64,000 nucleotides of DNA. Origin: Deferribacterales bacterium (GTDB lineage: Bacteria > Chrysiogenota > Deferribacteres > Deferribacterales > Geovibrionaceae). Positions 48,104 to 57,272 of this stretch are shown here, piece after piece (the stretch's first letter is position 1; every line of letters begins with the position of its first letter). Position numbers and translations under genes: made by a program. The stretch lies in NCBI GenBank assembly GCA_050251945.1, contig JBFWLW010000005.1, positions 32,001 to 96,000 on the forward strand, read 5' to 3'. Below the pieces are notes generated by a model. The model did no database searches, was not told where the DNA came from, and worked only from the letters and a program-made list of their open reading frames with translations.

Positions 48104-48646
48104 ATGAAAAAAATAATCACAATGTTTATCGCTTCAGTGTTCGCTTTCTCCTGTTCTCAGGGAGTTGTTGACAAAGACAAAGCCAAAGAACAGCAGGCTC
48201 CCGCAGCAGAATCTGCTCAACCCGCCGATCCTCATGCAGGTAATGTCGACGCAGATCCCCACGCCGGAATGGACGCTCCGAAAGAGAGAAAGATCAATGT
48301 CCCCAAGGAAGTGGCTGACAAATACAAAAGCCTTATCCTTGAAGTGAAAAACACTGCGGACAACTCAACCGTTCAGGCAGACGTCCTTATCGGTCAGAAG
48401 GCCGAAGTTCAGGGAACTCCCTTTACTGTAGAAGTTGAATACTATATGCCCGATTTCGTTATCGAAGCTGACGGTACCATCACAACAAGAAGTGCGGATG
48501 AGAAAAACCCCGTTGCCAAGATTAAAGTTTACAAAATGGGCGAAGCTTTCTTTGACGGATGGCTTTTCAAAAACCACCCCACAGAGCATGGGAACTTTAA
48601 CGATCCCAGCTACAGCATAACAATCATAAAATCACAGACTAAGTAA
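48104..48646 (+). CDS. Lipoprotein, DUF2155-like
   Basis: Lipobox AFSC; DPHAG repeats; F.GWLF motif. Confidence 0.7.
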   Translation: MKKIITMFIASVFAFSCSQGVVDKDKAKEQQAPAAESAQPADPHAGNVDADPHAGMDAPKERKINVPKEVADKYKSLILEVKNTADNSTVQADVLIGQKAEVQGTPFTVEVEYYMPDFVIEADGTITTRSADEKNPVAKIKVYKMGEAFFDGWLFKNHPTEHGNFNDPSYSITIIKSQTK

Positions 48647-48650
48647 ATAG

Positions 48651-48678
48651 AAGCGGCTCATTTGAGCCGCTTTTTTTT
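48651..48678 (+). terminator. Rho-independent terminator
   Basis: AAGCGGCTC-attt-GAGCCGCTTTTTTTT. Confidence 0.85.
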
Positions 48679-48681
48679 ATC

Positions 48682-48795
48682 GCTTTTTATAATCATCGCA
48701 TTTCTTCGTTGTCATCCAAAAATGTTTATCACGTACTTTATGTACGCTCAAAACATTTTTTCTCTGACGCCTTGAACTGCTCGATTCTAAAAACC
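48682..48795. repeat. Long-hairpin dispersed element (family 2), copy 2
   Basis: Central CGTAC-tttat-GTACG; homologous to 40005-40120. Confidence 0.7.
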
Positions 48796-48815
48796 AATTT
48801 AAATTCATGACCTTC

Positions 48816-48978
48816 GTCTCTGCGAGCCGATGCAGTCGGCGCGGCAGTCTGAGTGGTTCAGATCGCGTCGGGCGCTGCCCTCGCGAAGACGAAACAAAAC
48901 CAAGTCTCTGCGAGCCGATGCAGTCGGCGCGGCAGTCTGAATGGTTTAGATCGCGTCGGGCGTTGCCCTCGCGAAGAC
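48816..48978. repeat. Two-unit (88 bp) REP-doublet array
   Basis: Units at 48816 and 48904; same architecture as the 9001 array with different loops. Confidence 0.9.
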
Positions 48979-49026
48979 GGATGAAGTTTCAGTATGAAAC
49001 CAGCAGAACAAAAAAACGCTGATTTA

Positions 49027-49737
49027 TCAGATTATTTCACACAGACAGGCGAGTGTTTCGCCATCGAAGATTGAAACTATGCGGCTTTTTGCCTCATCGG
49101 CAATTTTAACGTCAACAAACTTTGTTTCAGGCTTTATCTCGTGGTTATAGAATAGACCAACGGTCTTTCCGGTGAAGTCCATGTCGCCTGAGGCAAGGCT
49201 CAGTATTTCGCCGTAACGGATGTTGTTCATATGGGAATTTATGTCGAAATCCGCAGGGCGAAGCTGAACATGCACCGACTTGTCATAACTTTCAGCGCCT
49301 TTTCTATCCCAGCCGTCTATCATGCTGCACATGTTGCATACGTTCTCGCTCTGATAGTCCGCAAGCATCTGAGGCGTAACCCTGACAGGACGTTTCTTTT
49401 CTATATCGATATAGAGCCATATGCTGGAACCTCTTATGCAAAGTTCGCCGTCGGCTTTTATTTCGTAATTTCTAAATCCTTTGAATCTGTCCAGTCCGCG
49501 TGACCATGTCCGCACTTCAAGTTCTTTTGAAAAATCAGGGAATACGTCGGCATGTATCATGAGCCTGTTCAGCATCCATATGTTGCCCTTGCCCATGTAG
49601 CTGTCGGCGGAATAGCCGACGCTGGCGGAATGTGCCACTGCCGCTTCCTGAAATATCTTCAGAATTGCGTCGAAACGGAGTCTTCTGTCTGCTCCGTAGT
49701 CTGAAATGTCTTTTATTCTGGTGTAATCGTAAAACAT
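49027..49737 (-). CDS. Acyl-ACP thioesterase
   Basis: FQEAAVAH, VRTW, DFDINSHMNNIRY. Confidence 0.9.
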   Translation of the reverse strand: MFYDYTRIKDISDYGADRRLRFDAILKIFQEAAVAHSASVGYSADSYMGKGNIWMLNRLMIHADVFPDFSKELEVRTWSRGLDRFKGFRNYEIKADGELCIRGSSIWLYIDIEKKRPVRVTPQMLADYQSENVCNMCSMIDGWDRKGAESYDKSVHVQLRPADFDINSHMNNIRYGEILSLASGDMDFTGKTVGLFYNHEIKPETKFVDVKIADEAKSRIVSIFDGETLACLCEII

Positions 49738-49833
49738 TTGTAATGTTAACTCCGAAATGCGCCGGAGGTCAATCTTTTACTATGCAAATGAATATTTTGA
49801 CCGTTATAATATCTGAAAAAACCGGAGGTTTAT

Positions 49834-50292
49834 ATGGAAGTTACAATTCAGAAATTTGAGAGTATTAAAACAGCGAGTGTGCGCCATGTCGGTGCGTATG
49901 ATCAGTGTACTCCCGCATGGATGACGCTGATGATGAATCCTTCCGTGATGCCCCTTGTTACAGATAAATCCACGTTCATTGGTATCTGCCACGACGACCC
50001 TTCAAAAACAGAACAGTGCCGTTACGACGCCTGCATAACCTGCCCCGATGATTTTCAGGCGGCGGCTCCGGTTGAGGTTACAGTTATTGAGGGCGGCGAC
50101 TATGCCGTTTACAGACATACCGGAAGCTATTACGGTCTGAAAGATGTCTATACACAGCTTTTTGAGGAATGGCTCCCCGCAAGCGGGTTCGCTCGTAAAA
50201 AGGAATTGCCCGTTATACAGATATACAGAAATCTGCCTATAAATACGCCGGAAGAACAGCTTATCACCGACGTTTGCGTTCCACTTGCATAA
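49834..50292 (+). CDS. GyrI-like effector-binding protein
   Basis: RHVGAY, HDDP....CRYDAC, WLPASG. Confidence 0.9.
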   Translation: MEVTIQKFESIKTASVRHVGAYDQCTPAWMTLMMNPSVMPLVTDKSTFIGICHDDPSKTEQCRYDACITCPDDFQAAAPVEVTVIEGGDYAVYRHTGSYYGLKDVYTQLFEEWLPASGFARKKELPVIQIYRNLPINTPEEQLITDVCVPLA

Positions 50293-50318
50293 ATATCAGG
50301 GCGGCTCAGTGCCACACT

Positions 50319-50460
50319 CAGACTGATGACAAAGTCAGTAAAATGCGAGATCGCGTCGTCGCATGCACTCCTCGCGAAGACGTAAATTGCTGTCATTGCG
50401 AGGAAGCTGTAGGCTGACGCGGCAATCTCATTAACTTTTAACAAGTTTGTCAACAACCTA
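50319..50460 (+). mobile_element. MITE-like element, copy d
   Basis: CAGACTGATGACAAA ... TTTGTCAACAACCTA; 21-bp imperfect direct repeats at 50298-50318 and 50461-50481. Confidence 0.8.
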
Positions 50461-50479
50461 AGGGCGGCTGAGTGCCGCC

Positions 50480-51169
50480 CTATTTTATCATACCGAGAAT
50501 ATAAGGCACGGCATATTCAGTGGTGAGAATCCTTGCGCCTATTGAAAACTGCCGGAACCCCTGCTTTTCAAACGTATCCAGTTCTTTCTGTATGAACCCG
50601 CCCTCGCAGCCCACGGCGAGACATAGCGGTTTTTCAAATTCTTTTGTCACTGAACCCGATGGATTGGCTATGTATCTGTTCGGGGTATCTATTTCTGCAA
50701 GTCCTTCCTCTATGAATCCCATAAAATATCTGTGGAATGTCACCTTCGGAGGCATTGTATCCTTTGACTGCTGGAGAGCGTCGAAAATATATTCGTCAGT
50801 GCGCTCAAGGTAGGGGCTGTCCCAATAGCTTTTGTCAACCCGCCATGAGTTTATGATGTGAATGTCTTTTACTCCGGCGCAGACCAGACCGAAAAATATT
50901 CGTCTGAATACTTTCGGGCGTGGCAGGGCGAGAACAAGGCTCACAGGCATGGGCTTTGGCGGTTCCTGATTGCAGTCAAACCGCAGTGTGGCTCTGTCTG
51001 CCGTAATGTCTTCTATGACCGCTGTGCCGAGCATTCCGCCGAGTATGCCTGTTTTAAGGCTGTCGCCGACACCGAGCTTCAGAACCCGTCTGATATGCTC
51101 ATATCTGTCGCCTGTGATATATGCCGTGTCGTTGTTGGTTTCTTCCGGTTTTATGAGGATTATGTTCAT
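50480..51169 (-). CDS. rsmE: 16S rRNA m3U1498 methyltransferase
   Basis: HIRRVLK, LALPRPK, GCEGGF, ILTTEYA. Confidence 0.9.
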   Translation of the reverse strand: MNIILIKPEETNNDTAYITGDRYEHIRRVLKLGVGDSLKTGILGGMLGTAVIEDITADRATLRFDCNQEPPKPMPVSLVLALPRPKVFRRIFFGLVCAGVKDIHIINSWRVDKSYWDSPYLERTDEYIFDALQQSKDTMPPKVTFHRYFMGFIEEGLAEIDTPNRYIANPSGSVTKEFEKPLCLAVGCEGGFIQKELDTFEKQGFRQFSIGARILTTEYAVPYILGMIK

Positions 51170-51227
51170 GAAAAGACTATAGAAAAGAAGCGGAGGAAAG
51201 TAAAGGGGCGGTCATCAGACCGCCCCT

Positions 51228-51412
51228 CAGACTGATGACAAAAAAGAGAAAAGACTAGATTGCTTCGCTTTATTCGACAAATAGTTTAAAGTGGACTCAT
51301 TCAGCCTTCGGCTAGTGCTCGCAAAGACGGAAAGAAAAACCTGTCTCTGCGAGGGCTTTAGCCCGAAGCAGTCTAATTGTTTTGTATGAATCTGTAGTTT
51401 GTCAATAACCTG
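51228..51412 (+). mobile_element. MITE-like element, copy e (copy b plus insert)
   Basis: CAGACTGATGACAAA ... TTTGTCAATAACCTG; flanked by AGGGGCGGTC-N4-GACCGCC duplicates. Confidence 0.8.
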
Positions 51413-51442
51413 AGGGGCGGTCTTCCGACCGCCTGCAAAAAA

Positions 51443-52867
51443 CTATTCAGCTTCCGGTTCAGCCTGTACACAGCCGCACTTTCTGAATTTTATAAAGAAA
51501 GCGGCGGTGGAGGCGGCGGAACCGAGTACACCTATGTAAGTTGAAACCTGCATGTCAAGCCCGAAACCGATGGGCTGGTTCGCAAGGTAAGTTGTAACGA
51601 CCACTGTCATGAAAATTGCGGGGATAGTGGCTATCCAGTGTATTTTTCCGTTCTGTATGAGGTAAGCCGCAGCCGCCCACAGAACCACTGTGGCAAGTGT
51701 CTGGTTTGCCCAGCCGAAGTATCTCCATATGATGTCAAACTCTGTGAGAGAGATGAGGTAGCCGACTATGAACAGCGGAACTGCGATGGCAAGCCTTTTC
51801 AGATATGCTTTCTGTTCCATGTTCAGCATTTCCGCGATTATGAGGCGTGCGCTTCTGAACGCCGTGTCACCAGATGTGATGGGGAGCAGAACAACGCCGA
51901 GGATAGCGAGAATACCGCCGAATCCGCCGAGCAGGGTTGTTGAAACCTGATTGACGACGTATGCGGGTCCGCCCTGTGCAAGAGCCGCGTTAAGCTCTGT
52001 GGAACCGTGATAGAAGGTCATGCCGAGTGTCGCCCAGATAAGAGCTATCGCGCCTTCGCCTATCATTGCGCCGTAGAAAACAGCTTTGCCCCTCTTTTCG
52101 CTTTTAAGACATCTTGCCATCATGGGCGACTGAGTGGCATGAAAGCCGCTGAGCGCTCCGCAGGCAATGGTTATGAACATCAGAGGCCACATGGGCAGGT
52201 CTGTCGGGTGTACGTTCATTATTGTACGCTGGGGATAGAACTCGTGTCCCTGAGCGATGAGCGCGATCGTAAGACCAACAGCCATAAACAGCAGAACCGC
52301 GCCGAAAAGGGGGTATATTTTGCCGATTATCTGGTTGATGGGCAGGACTGTCGCGAGGAAATAATAAGCGAATATAAGACCTACGAGAACCGGAACGGAG
52401 ATGTGGGTCATGTTTGTGAGCAGTTTTGCTGGTCCTAGAACGAAAACTATACCCACGAGAAGAAGAAGGATAACAGAGAACAATCTCATGAACTGTTTAA
52501 AGAAGCTGCCGAGGTTCTGACCTACGACGTCGGGTACGCTGGCTCCGTTGTAACGGATTGAGAGCATACCGGAGAAATAGTCATGAACCGCGCCTGCGAA
52601 GATAGAACCGATAACTATCCAGAGCAGAGCCGCAGGACCGTAAAGAGCGCCTAGGATGGGTCCGAATATGGGTCCCAGACCTGCGATGTTGAGGAGCTGA
52701 ATGAGCCATATCTTCCATGTGGGCATCTCCACATAGTCAACGCCGTCATATTTTGTCGAAGCGGGCGTCGGTCTGTTCTCATCGGCTCCGAATATTTTGT
52801 CAACGACAGTGCCATAGGTGATGTAGCCTACGACAAGCAGAGCAAGACATGCAAAAAATATTAACAT
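51443..52867 (-). CDS. cstA: Carbon starvation CstA family transporter
   Basis: DGVDYV, IAGLGPIFGP, TIACGALSGFH, ITSGDTAFR; ATG 52867 behind GGAGG. Confidence 0.92.
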   Translation of the reverse strand: MLIFFACLALLVVGYITYGTVVDKIFGADENRPTPASTKYDGVDYVEMPTWKIWLIQLLNIAGLGPIFGPILGALYGPAALLWIVIGSIFAGAVHDYFSGMLSIRYNGASVPDVVGQNLGSFFKQFMRLFSVILLLLVGIVFVLGPAKLLTNMTHISVPVLVGLIFAYYFLATVLPINQIIGKIYPLFGAVLLFMAVGLTIALIAQGHEFYPQRTIMNVHPTDLPMWPLMFITIACGALSGFHATQSPMMARCLKSEKRGKAVFYGAMIGEGAIALIWATLGMTFYHGSTELNAALAQGGPAYVVNQVSTTLLGGFGGILAILGVVLLPITSGDTAFRSARLIIAEMLNMEQKAYLKRLAIAVPLFIVGYLISLTEFDIIWRYFGWANQTLATVVLWAAAAYLIQNGKIHWIATIPAIFMTVVVTTYLANQPIGFGLDMQVSTYIGVLGSAASTAAFFIKFRKCGCVQAEPEAE

Positions 52868-52989
52868 GGGAATAACCTCCGTTAAGATTTTCAATGGTAT
52901 TGCATATCTTTGACATAATGAACTGTTTGAAGGGCGAAAGGCTGTATAAATGTCTTAACGGCGAAATATCGGATTAAACGGTTATGCTG

Positions 52990-55900
52990 TTAAAGCACTA
53001 TGGAGAGTATTCTGGAAACACCCGGCTCCTGCATGGTAACGCCGTATATTGAATCCGCCTCCGCCATGGTTTTCTGGTTGTGGGTGATAATAACGAACTG
53101 GGTGTCTGCGGAGAGGGTCTGCACCATACGCAGGAAACGGTCGATGTTGTTGTCGTCCAGAGGAGCATCTATCTCGTCGAGGAAGCAGAAAGGGGTCGGG
53201 CGATAGAGGAAAAGTGCGAAAAGGAGCGTACACGCACCCATCGCTTTTTCGCCGCCGGACATGAGGTTCATGTTTTGCAGTCTTTTGCCGGGGGGTTGTA
53301 TGAAAATTTCAACTCCGCTGTTGAGAACGTCGTCGGGGGTGGTCAGCGTCAGCTCACAGGTTCCCTGTCCGAAAAGGATGGAGAATACCCGTTCAAAGTT
53401 TTTCTTAACGCCTTCAAAGGTCTCGCTGAATATCTGGGTTGTGTTTTCGTCCATTTCGCGGATGAGGTTATGAATGCTCGCCACTGCTGCTTCAAGGTCG
53501 TTCTTCTGGTTGGTCAGGAACTCGTTGCGCTCCTGAATTTCGTTGTATTCCGCTTCCGCAGTCATGTTAAGCGGACCGAGTTCGTCTATCTCGCGCTCAA
53601 TGCCTGAAAGCTCGGTTTTTGCCTTAGCCGGCTGGAAATCTTCCATGTTCATCTCAAAATCTTTGACGTCCATCTGGAATTTTTCCTCAAAAGCTTCGCG
53701 CAGGTTCGATATATCGGACTCGAAACGTTCCTTCTTCTTTTCCGCATCGAAAATGTCGTCCTCTATGCCGCGTATCTCAAGATTGTATTTGTCTATCTGT
53801 TTTCCCGTTTCTTCCTGCTGTTTTTCTGTTTCGGCAATTTCAGTGTCGAGACGGAATTTTTCCTCGTTTAGGAGGTGGCGTTTCTTGATTATCTCGTGAA
53901 ATTCGCCGCGCTTTGCTTCCAGCCGGTCTTTCAGGTTAACTATGTCCGATGTCAGAAGCTGTGACAGCCTGTTTTTTGCGGCTGTAAGTTTTATGCTGGA
54001 TTCGGAGATATCCTTGTCAATGAAGCCCAGTTCGCGTACGAAACCGTTGATGCTCTCCTGTACGCCGCGCAGTTCCACCTTATATGCCGAGTGTTCGTCC
54101 CGCACGTCTTCGTACATGGCGTCGATATCTTCCAGCTTGCTGTTGAGTTCCTCTTTGCGCTGTTCGGCTTCCGCCATTTGCGCGGAGAACTCTTTGTTCT
54201 GGTTGGTGTAAAGCTCTATCTTTTCTTCGCAGCGCTTTATTTCGTTGCCAATGTTGGCTATTTCGCTGTCTATGATGGACGCGCGCTTGGTCATGCGCTC
54301 GTGTTTCTGCTTTATGTCGGCGATACTGCGTTCCTTGTCCTTTATGTCAAGGGTGGCGGTCTGCTTCATCTGCTGAATCTCTTCCAGCTTGTCGGAAATG
54401 GTCTCAAGGCTGTCGGATACGTCGGGTATCTGCTCCGAAATGCCTTCAAGAGCGGTTTCGGCATCTTCAAGCTCAACGGCGCACTGCTTAATCTCCGCCT
54501 GAAGTCTCACTACCGCTTCCCTTTTGTCGTCCGCGCCGGGTTTCCTGTATATAAGCCCGTTGGCAATGACTGCGCCGTATTCTTTAACGGATTCTTCCGC
54601 TGAGCGCAGAAGCTCCTGAACGTCCGTGTCGAAGACGAAGCGGACAGTGTGTTTTACAGATGCCACGCCCTCCATCACCTCGTTCCTTTTGGAAGAGGGG
54701 AAAACGACCAGATCGCCGTATTCCCGCACCAGCGCGGGGCTGAGTTTTTCTAGCAGCAGATATCCGCCGAACTTTTCCATAAGGGCGGAGTTGTCCTGAC
54801 CGGATGTTTCGGATTTAAGCCTTGTGTTCAGCATGTTGAGCTTGGATTTAGCGGAATTTATCTCAAGTTTCTTCTCGTTTGCCTTGTTTTCAAGGATATT
54901 CAGTTCGTCTTTCAGTTCGGAATACTTGTCCCTGTAAGTGTCAAGAGTGTCGTCCAGCGCCTCTATCTCGGTTTTCAGACGATTTATCTCCTGCTCGGTG
55001 ACGATAATATTATTTTCGGTGAACTGGGTGTCTCGGATGCTCTCCTCTTTTTCCTGAATCAGCTTTTCTTTGTCCTTTTCATAACGGGTGAGCATGGTTT
55101 CGTTCTGGAAGACGGCGTTGCGGGCTTCGGAGGCTCTGTGTGCTGTTTTGAGGTATTCGTCGTCAGCGGCAAACAGTTCCTCTTTTATGTCTTCGCGCAT
55201 TGTCTCGTAATCGCTTATGCGCTCTTCAATTTCATCTATCTTCTCCTGAATGGAGGTTATCTTATCCGTCTGGCTGACTTTTGATTCAAGAATCCCCACT
55301 CTGCGGTCAGTGAGTTCCGCGAGTTTTTTCTGGAGGAATTCTATGTCGCCGTGAAGGGTATCCTTGCTCTTTTCAGCCGCTTCAATTTCGTTCTCAAGCA
55401 GTCTAATATCCGCTTCCGCCTTTCCGGATTCTGCTTCTGCGCGGATTATTGCCTCGTTTTTTTCGTTGAAGTTTCTGCGCAGTTCCGCCGTTTTCCGGCG
55501 CATCTCAGTTTCTGCCTCAGTGAGCTTTGTGAAACGCTCCGTGTGACCGGCGAGGTTTATTTTAAGGGTGTTTATTGTGTTGAGAACTTCGGAAAGTTCC
55601 TCGAAAGTTTTTTTATGTCTGTGGTAAATGATGGATTTTTGCAGTGACGACTGACGCTTAGCAAGGTCGCGGTACCTGCGTACTTTTTCCGCCTGCAGAG
55701 TCAGAGTTTCAAGCTGTCCGCGTATCTCCGCAAGGATATCGGTGATCCGGCTGAGGTTGTCCTTCGTCTGGTTCAGTCTGCGTTCGGCGTCCTTTTTTCC
55801 CTCTTTGAAGCGCATAACGCCTGCCGTTTCTTCAAAGAAAGCCCTCAGCTCCTCAGGGGTTGACTGGATTATCTTGTCGACTTTTCCCTGTTCGATGATT

Positions 55901-56325
55901 GATATGGATTTTGTTCCGAGACCCGAATCGTAAAAGATTTCGCGGATATCTTTCAGACGGCATTTTTTGCCGTTAATGAGGTAATCTCTCTCTCCGGTGC
56001 GGTAATGCTTTCTGGTGACGGTTATCTCGCTGAAAGAACCCCATTTCGACGTGAGGTTTTCCGGCAGTTCGGACAGCGTGAGCGACACCTCGGCAAAGCC
56101 GGATGATTTTCTGTGCTGCGAACCTGCGAAAATAACGTCGTCCATGTCTGCTCCGCGAAGTTCCTTCGCGCTCTGTTCGCCGAATATCCAGCGTATTGCG
56201 TCCAGAATGTTGCTTTTGCCCGATCCGTTGGGACCTATGACGCAGGTTATGCCGCCGGGGAATTCTATGACGGTCTTGTCAACGAAAGATTTAAAGCCCT
56301 GAACCGTAAGAGATTTGAATTTCAT
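52990..56325 (-). CDS. smc: Chromosome segregation protein SMC
   Basis: GPNGSGKSN, IIEQG, MSGGEK, LDEIDAPLD; long coiled coils. Confidence 0.93.
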   Translation of the reverse strand: MKFKSLTVQGFKSFVDKTVIEFPGGITCVIGPNGSGKSNILDAIRWIFGEQSAKELRGADMDDVIFAGSQHRKSSGFAEVSLTLSELPENLTSKWGSFSEITVTRKHYRTGERDYLINGKKCRLKDIREIFYDSGLGTKSISIIEQGKVDKIIQSTPEELRAFFEETAGVMRFKEGKKDAERRLNQTKDNLSRITDILAEIRGQLETLTLQAEKVRRYRDLAKRQSSLQKSIIYHRHKKTFEELSEVLNTINTLKINLAGHTERFTKLTEAETEMRRKTAELRRNFNEKNEAIIRAEAESGKAEADIRLLENEIEAAEKSKDTLHGDIEFLQKKLAELTDRRVGILESKVSQTDKITSIQEKIDEIEERISDYETMREDIKEELFAADDEYLKTAHRASEARNAVFQNETMLTRYEKDKEKLIQEKEESIRDTQFTENNIIVTEQEINRLKTEIEALDDTLDTYRDKYSELKDELNILENKANEKKLEINSAKSKLNMLNTRLKSETSGQDNSALMEKFGGYLLLEKLSPALVREYGDLVVFPSSKRNEVMEGVASVKHTVRFVFDTDVQELLRSAEESVKEYGAVIANGLIYRKPGADDKREAVVRLQAEIKQCAVELEDAETALEGISEQIPDVSDSLETISDKLEEIQQMKQTATLDIKDKERSIADIKQKHERMTKRASIIDSEIANIGNEIKRCEEKIELYTNQNKEFSAQMAEAEQRKEELNSKLEDIDAMYEDVRDEHSAYKVELRGVQESINGFVRELGFIDKDISESSIKLTAAKNRLSQLLTSDIVNLKDRLEAKRGEFHEIIKKRHLLNEEKFRLDTEIAETEKQQEETGKQIDKYNLEIRGIEDDIFDAEKKKERFESDISNLREAFEEKFQMDVKDFEMNMEDFQPAKAKTELSGIEREIDELGPLNMTAEAEYNEIQERNEFLTNQKNDLEAAVASIHNLIREMDENTTQIFSETFEGVKKNFERVFSILFGQGTCELTLTTPDDVLNSGVEIFIQPPGKRLQNMNLMSGGEKAMGACTLLFALFLYRPTPFCFLDEIDAPLDDNNIDRFLRMVQTLSADTQFVIITHNQKTMAEADSIYGVTMQEPGVSRILSIVL

Positions 56326-56438
56326 TTAATATTGTTATTTCAATTCAGGCAAAAAAACAAGTGAAATTGATTTTACAGATGCCGTATGTCTGTTAAAGTT
56401 ATATTATAACTCATAACAAACTGAAAAGGTAAAATACA

Positions 56439-57272
56439 ATGAATGATGTTAAAACAATGATTGAACGCCTGAAAACCGAACTCGACCTGCTTGGCGACAA
56501 CCCGCAGCAGGAAAATGTCAGCGCTGTAATAACTGATGTATTAGGTTGCAGAGGATGTGACATTTCATGCTTTATGACCGACAGCGACGTTTTTCAGACC
56601 ATGCTGGATACCATTCCTGTCCCTGTTTATTATAAAAATACCGTCGGCACATACCTTGCATGTAACAGGGCTCTTTGCGAGGCATACGGGTTCGTGCGAA
56701 CGGATATCGTCGGAAAGACGGCATATGATTTTTTCCCGAAAGATACTGCGGATGCGTTTGCGGTTGGCGACAATGCACTGATACAGGATGCTTCCGAAGA
56801 GCGTCTCGAACATCGCGGTCGTTTCCCCGGAATGGAGGACAGTTTTCATGTCATCCATAAAAGAGCGTTCAAACGAAACGGAAAAGTTGAAGGCATAATA
56901 GGCGTGATACTGGATATGACTGAAATTAAGAAGGTTGAGGACACAGCGTGGGCTTCCGAAGCGTTCTTCAAAACCCTTTTTGAAACCGCGCCTATGCCCA
57001 TTGTGGTCATAAACAGCTTTAACATGATAATGGATATGAATACTTCCGCGGCACAGTTTTTCAATCCGGAGGCGGCGGTTCCCGGGCAGGAAATTTCCGC
57101 ACTGTTCAGATATCACTCTGATTTTGAAAAGGTTATGTCTGCCGACGGCAGCGCCATCAGGGTTGAGGTTCTGGGCGGCAGCGGCGTTAATGAGATGATC
57201 GCAATGGTGAGTTCCGATATTCTCAACGGCGAGACCTGTTACGCCATTGCATTTGTACGGACGGATATCTAA
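56439..57272 (+). CDS. Tandem PAS-domain protein without output domain
   Basis: LDTIPVPVYYKN..CN..IVGKT; second PAS LFETAPMPI. Confidence 0.8.
   Translation: MNDVKTMIERLKTELDLLGDNPQQENVSAVITDVLGCRGCDISCFMTDSDVFQTMLDTIPVPVYYKNTVGTYLACNRALCEAYGFVRTDIVGKTAYDFFPKDTADAFAVGDNALIQDASEERLEHRGRFPGMEDSFHVIHKRAFKRNGKVEGIIGVILDMTEIKKVEDTAWASEAFFKTLFETAPMPIVVINSFNMIMDMNTSAAQFFNPEAAVPGQEISALFRYHSDFEKVMSADGSAIRVEVLGGSGVNEMIAMVSSDILNGETCYAIAFVRTDI

Noticed and set aside
47878..48646. Genomic island integrated at tRNA-Ser
   Set aside because: No duplicated tRNA 3' end or adjacent integrase seen
52918..52982. LytTR-type repeats upstream of cstA
   Set aside because: Partial matches (ACAGTTCAT, GCCGTTAAG, ACCGTTTAA) with inconsistent spacing; too weak to call
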